DNA of 64,000 nt from Torpedo marmorata (lineage: Eukaryota), in contig OZ360232.1 of NCBI GenBank assembly GCA_977017645.1, forward strand, positions 82,522,001 to 82,586,000. Direction: 5' to 3'. Positions within the stretch are counted from its first letter, which is position 1, and each line of letters begins with the position of its first letter. Made by a program: the position numbers and the translations under genes. This document shows positions 63,222 to 64,000 of the stretch, piece by piece. The notes beneath the pieces are model-generated. The model was not told the origin of the DNA. It did no database searches and saw nothing but the letters and a program-made list of their open reading frames with translations.

Positions 63222-63464
63222 AAAGGGCTTGTTTCTGTGATGTAATGTTCTATGGTTCTATGGATAGGTATTAGTGAGTCAGGCAATGAGTCACTCACCA
63301 TAAGATTGTTAGCTATTTTTGCGAACATAATATTTAAGAGATTGCTTCAGCAGAATTTCAGTTTAAAGGTGATGCCCAGAATGTTGATGATGAGAGATTC
63401 AGCAGTGGTTATGTTGTGGAATATCAAGGGTCTCTTACTGGAGGAAAACATGGAGAGGTAAGTG

Positions 63465-63671
63465 CACCACACAAAAGTGCTGGAGAAACCCAGCAGGTCA
63501 GGCACCATCCATAGAAAGTAAAAGGCAGTCAAGGTTTAAGTCCTGAGCCCTTCTTCAGGAGTGCCGATCATCAGCCAGATAACTGAAAAAAATGGTGGGA
63601 AGTCAGGGGAAAGGGGAGGAGAAGGGCGAGGATCACAAACTAACAAGTAATAGATGGATGGAGGTAGGAGG
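63465..63671 (-). mobile_element. Old Penelope 3' terminal fragment
   Basis: TGCTGGAGAAACCCAGCAGGTCA and a decayed CTGAAGAAGGGCTCAGG hammerhead half. Confidence 0.6.
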
Positions 63672-64000
63672 TGATGCGCCACCAATTATTTCAAAAGACT
63701 AGAAGTTATTTAGAAACTGATAGGCTTTTATTAACAACAGAATGGAGGCTCGTCCATGCTGGTCATCTGTCCTGGACTGAGGAGGGAGCTGTGGCACAGT
63801 CGCCTTTATTCAGGGGTCTGTGGGAGGAGCCACAGGCACAGTCAGCAAGGGGCGTGTCCAGACGAACTATAACAAGTACTAACACAACCACAACATATTC
63901 ACATTCACCCCTCATTTTAAAAAAGTGTCCGGCGGGGCGAAGTGAATTAAACGTTCTTACAAATTGAGTCTTTCGGGTAGAAGAGAAAGGAGCTGTTAAA
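63672..64000 (-). mobile_element. 3' LTR (63672-63903), PPT and 3' end of a Gypsy element related to 10266-14763; continues beyond the window
   Basis: Shares CCTGAATAAAGG, AAAGCCTAT, the AATTG...ATCA terminus and the CACTTC.CCCCGC.GGAC...TTTTAAAA.GAGGGGTGAA|TGTG PPT junction. Confidence 0.88.

Larger units (their letters stand above)
56201..63263 (+). mobile_element. 5'-truncated CR1 LINE (56201-56211, 62117-62972 and 63222-63263), split by the Gmr1 element and a 5S SINE
   Basis: KFAD|DIKIG rejoins across the TSD; FNVDKCEVLHFG and LVRPNLEYCVQFW; (TTCTATGG)n tail. Confidence 0.9.

Overview
Vertebrate genomic DNA with no confidently identifiable host gene; the repeat repertoire suggests an elasmobranch (shark or ray), which is an inference. 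Most of the window is nested transposable elements. It contains three LTR-bounded Gypsy/Metaviridae proviruses: a young one with apparently identical 244-bp LTRs and no tRNA primer site, a CsRN1-clade element primed by tRNA-Trp, and a Gmr1-type PR-IN-RT element primed by tRNA-Pro that lacks its RT core. There are also two further Gypsy ends at the window edges, two Gmr1 solo LTRs, a Tc1 transposon, two hAT MITEs, a near-full-length Penelope element with a hammerhead motif, and many L1, CR1, Rex1 and L2 LINE fragments. SINEs are tRNA-derived, 5S-derived and Deu-domain types. Most notable are a putative self-priming RNA fold at the 5' LTR of the young Gypsy element, an ETS/YY1 motif array inside its gag-protease linker, the in-frame RT deletion in the Gmr1 element, and an L1 flanked by a direct duplication of about 365 bp. 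All calls were made by eye, without database searches.
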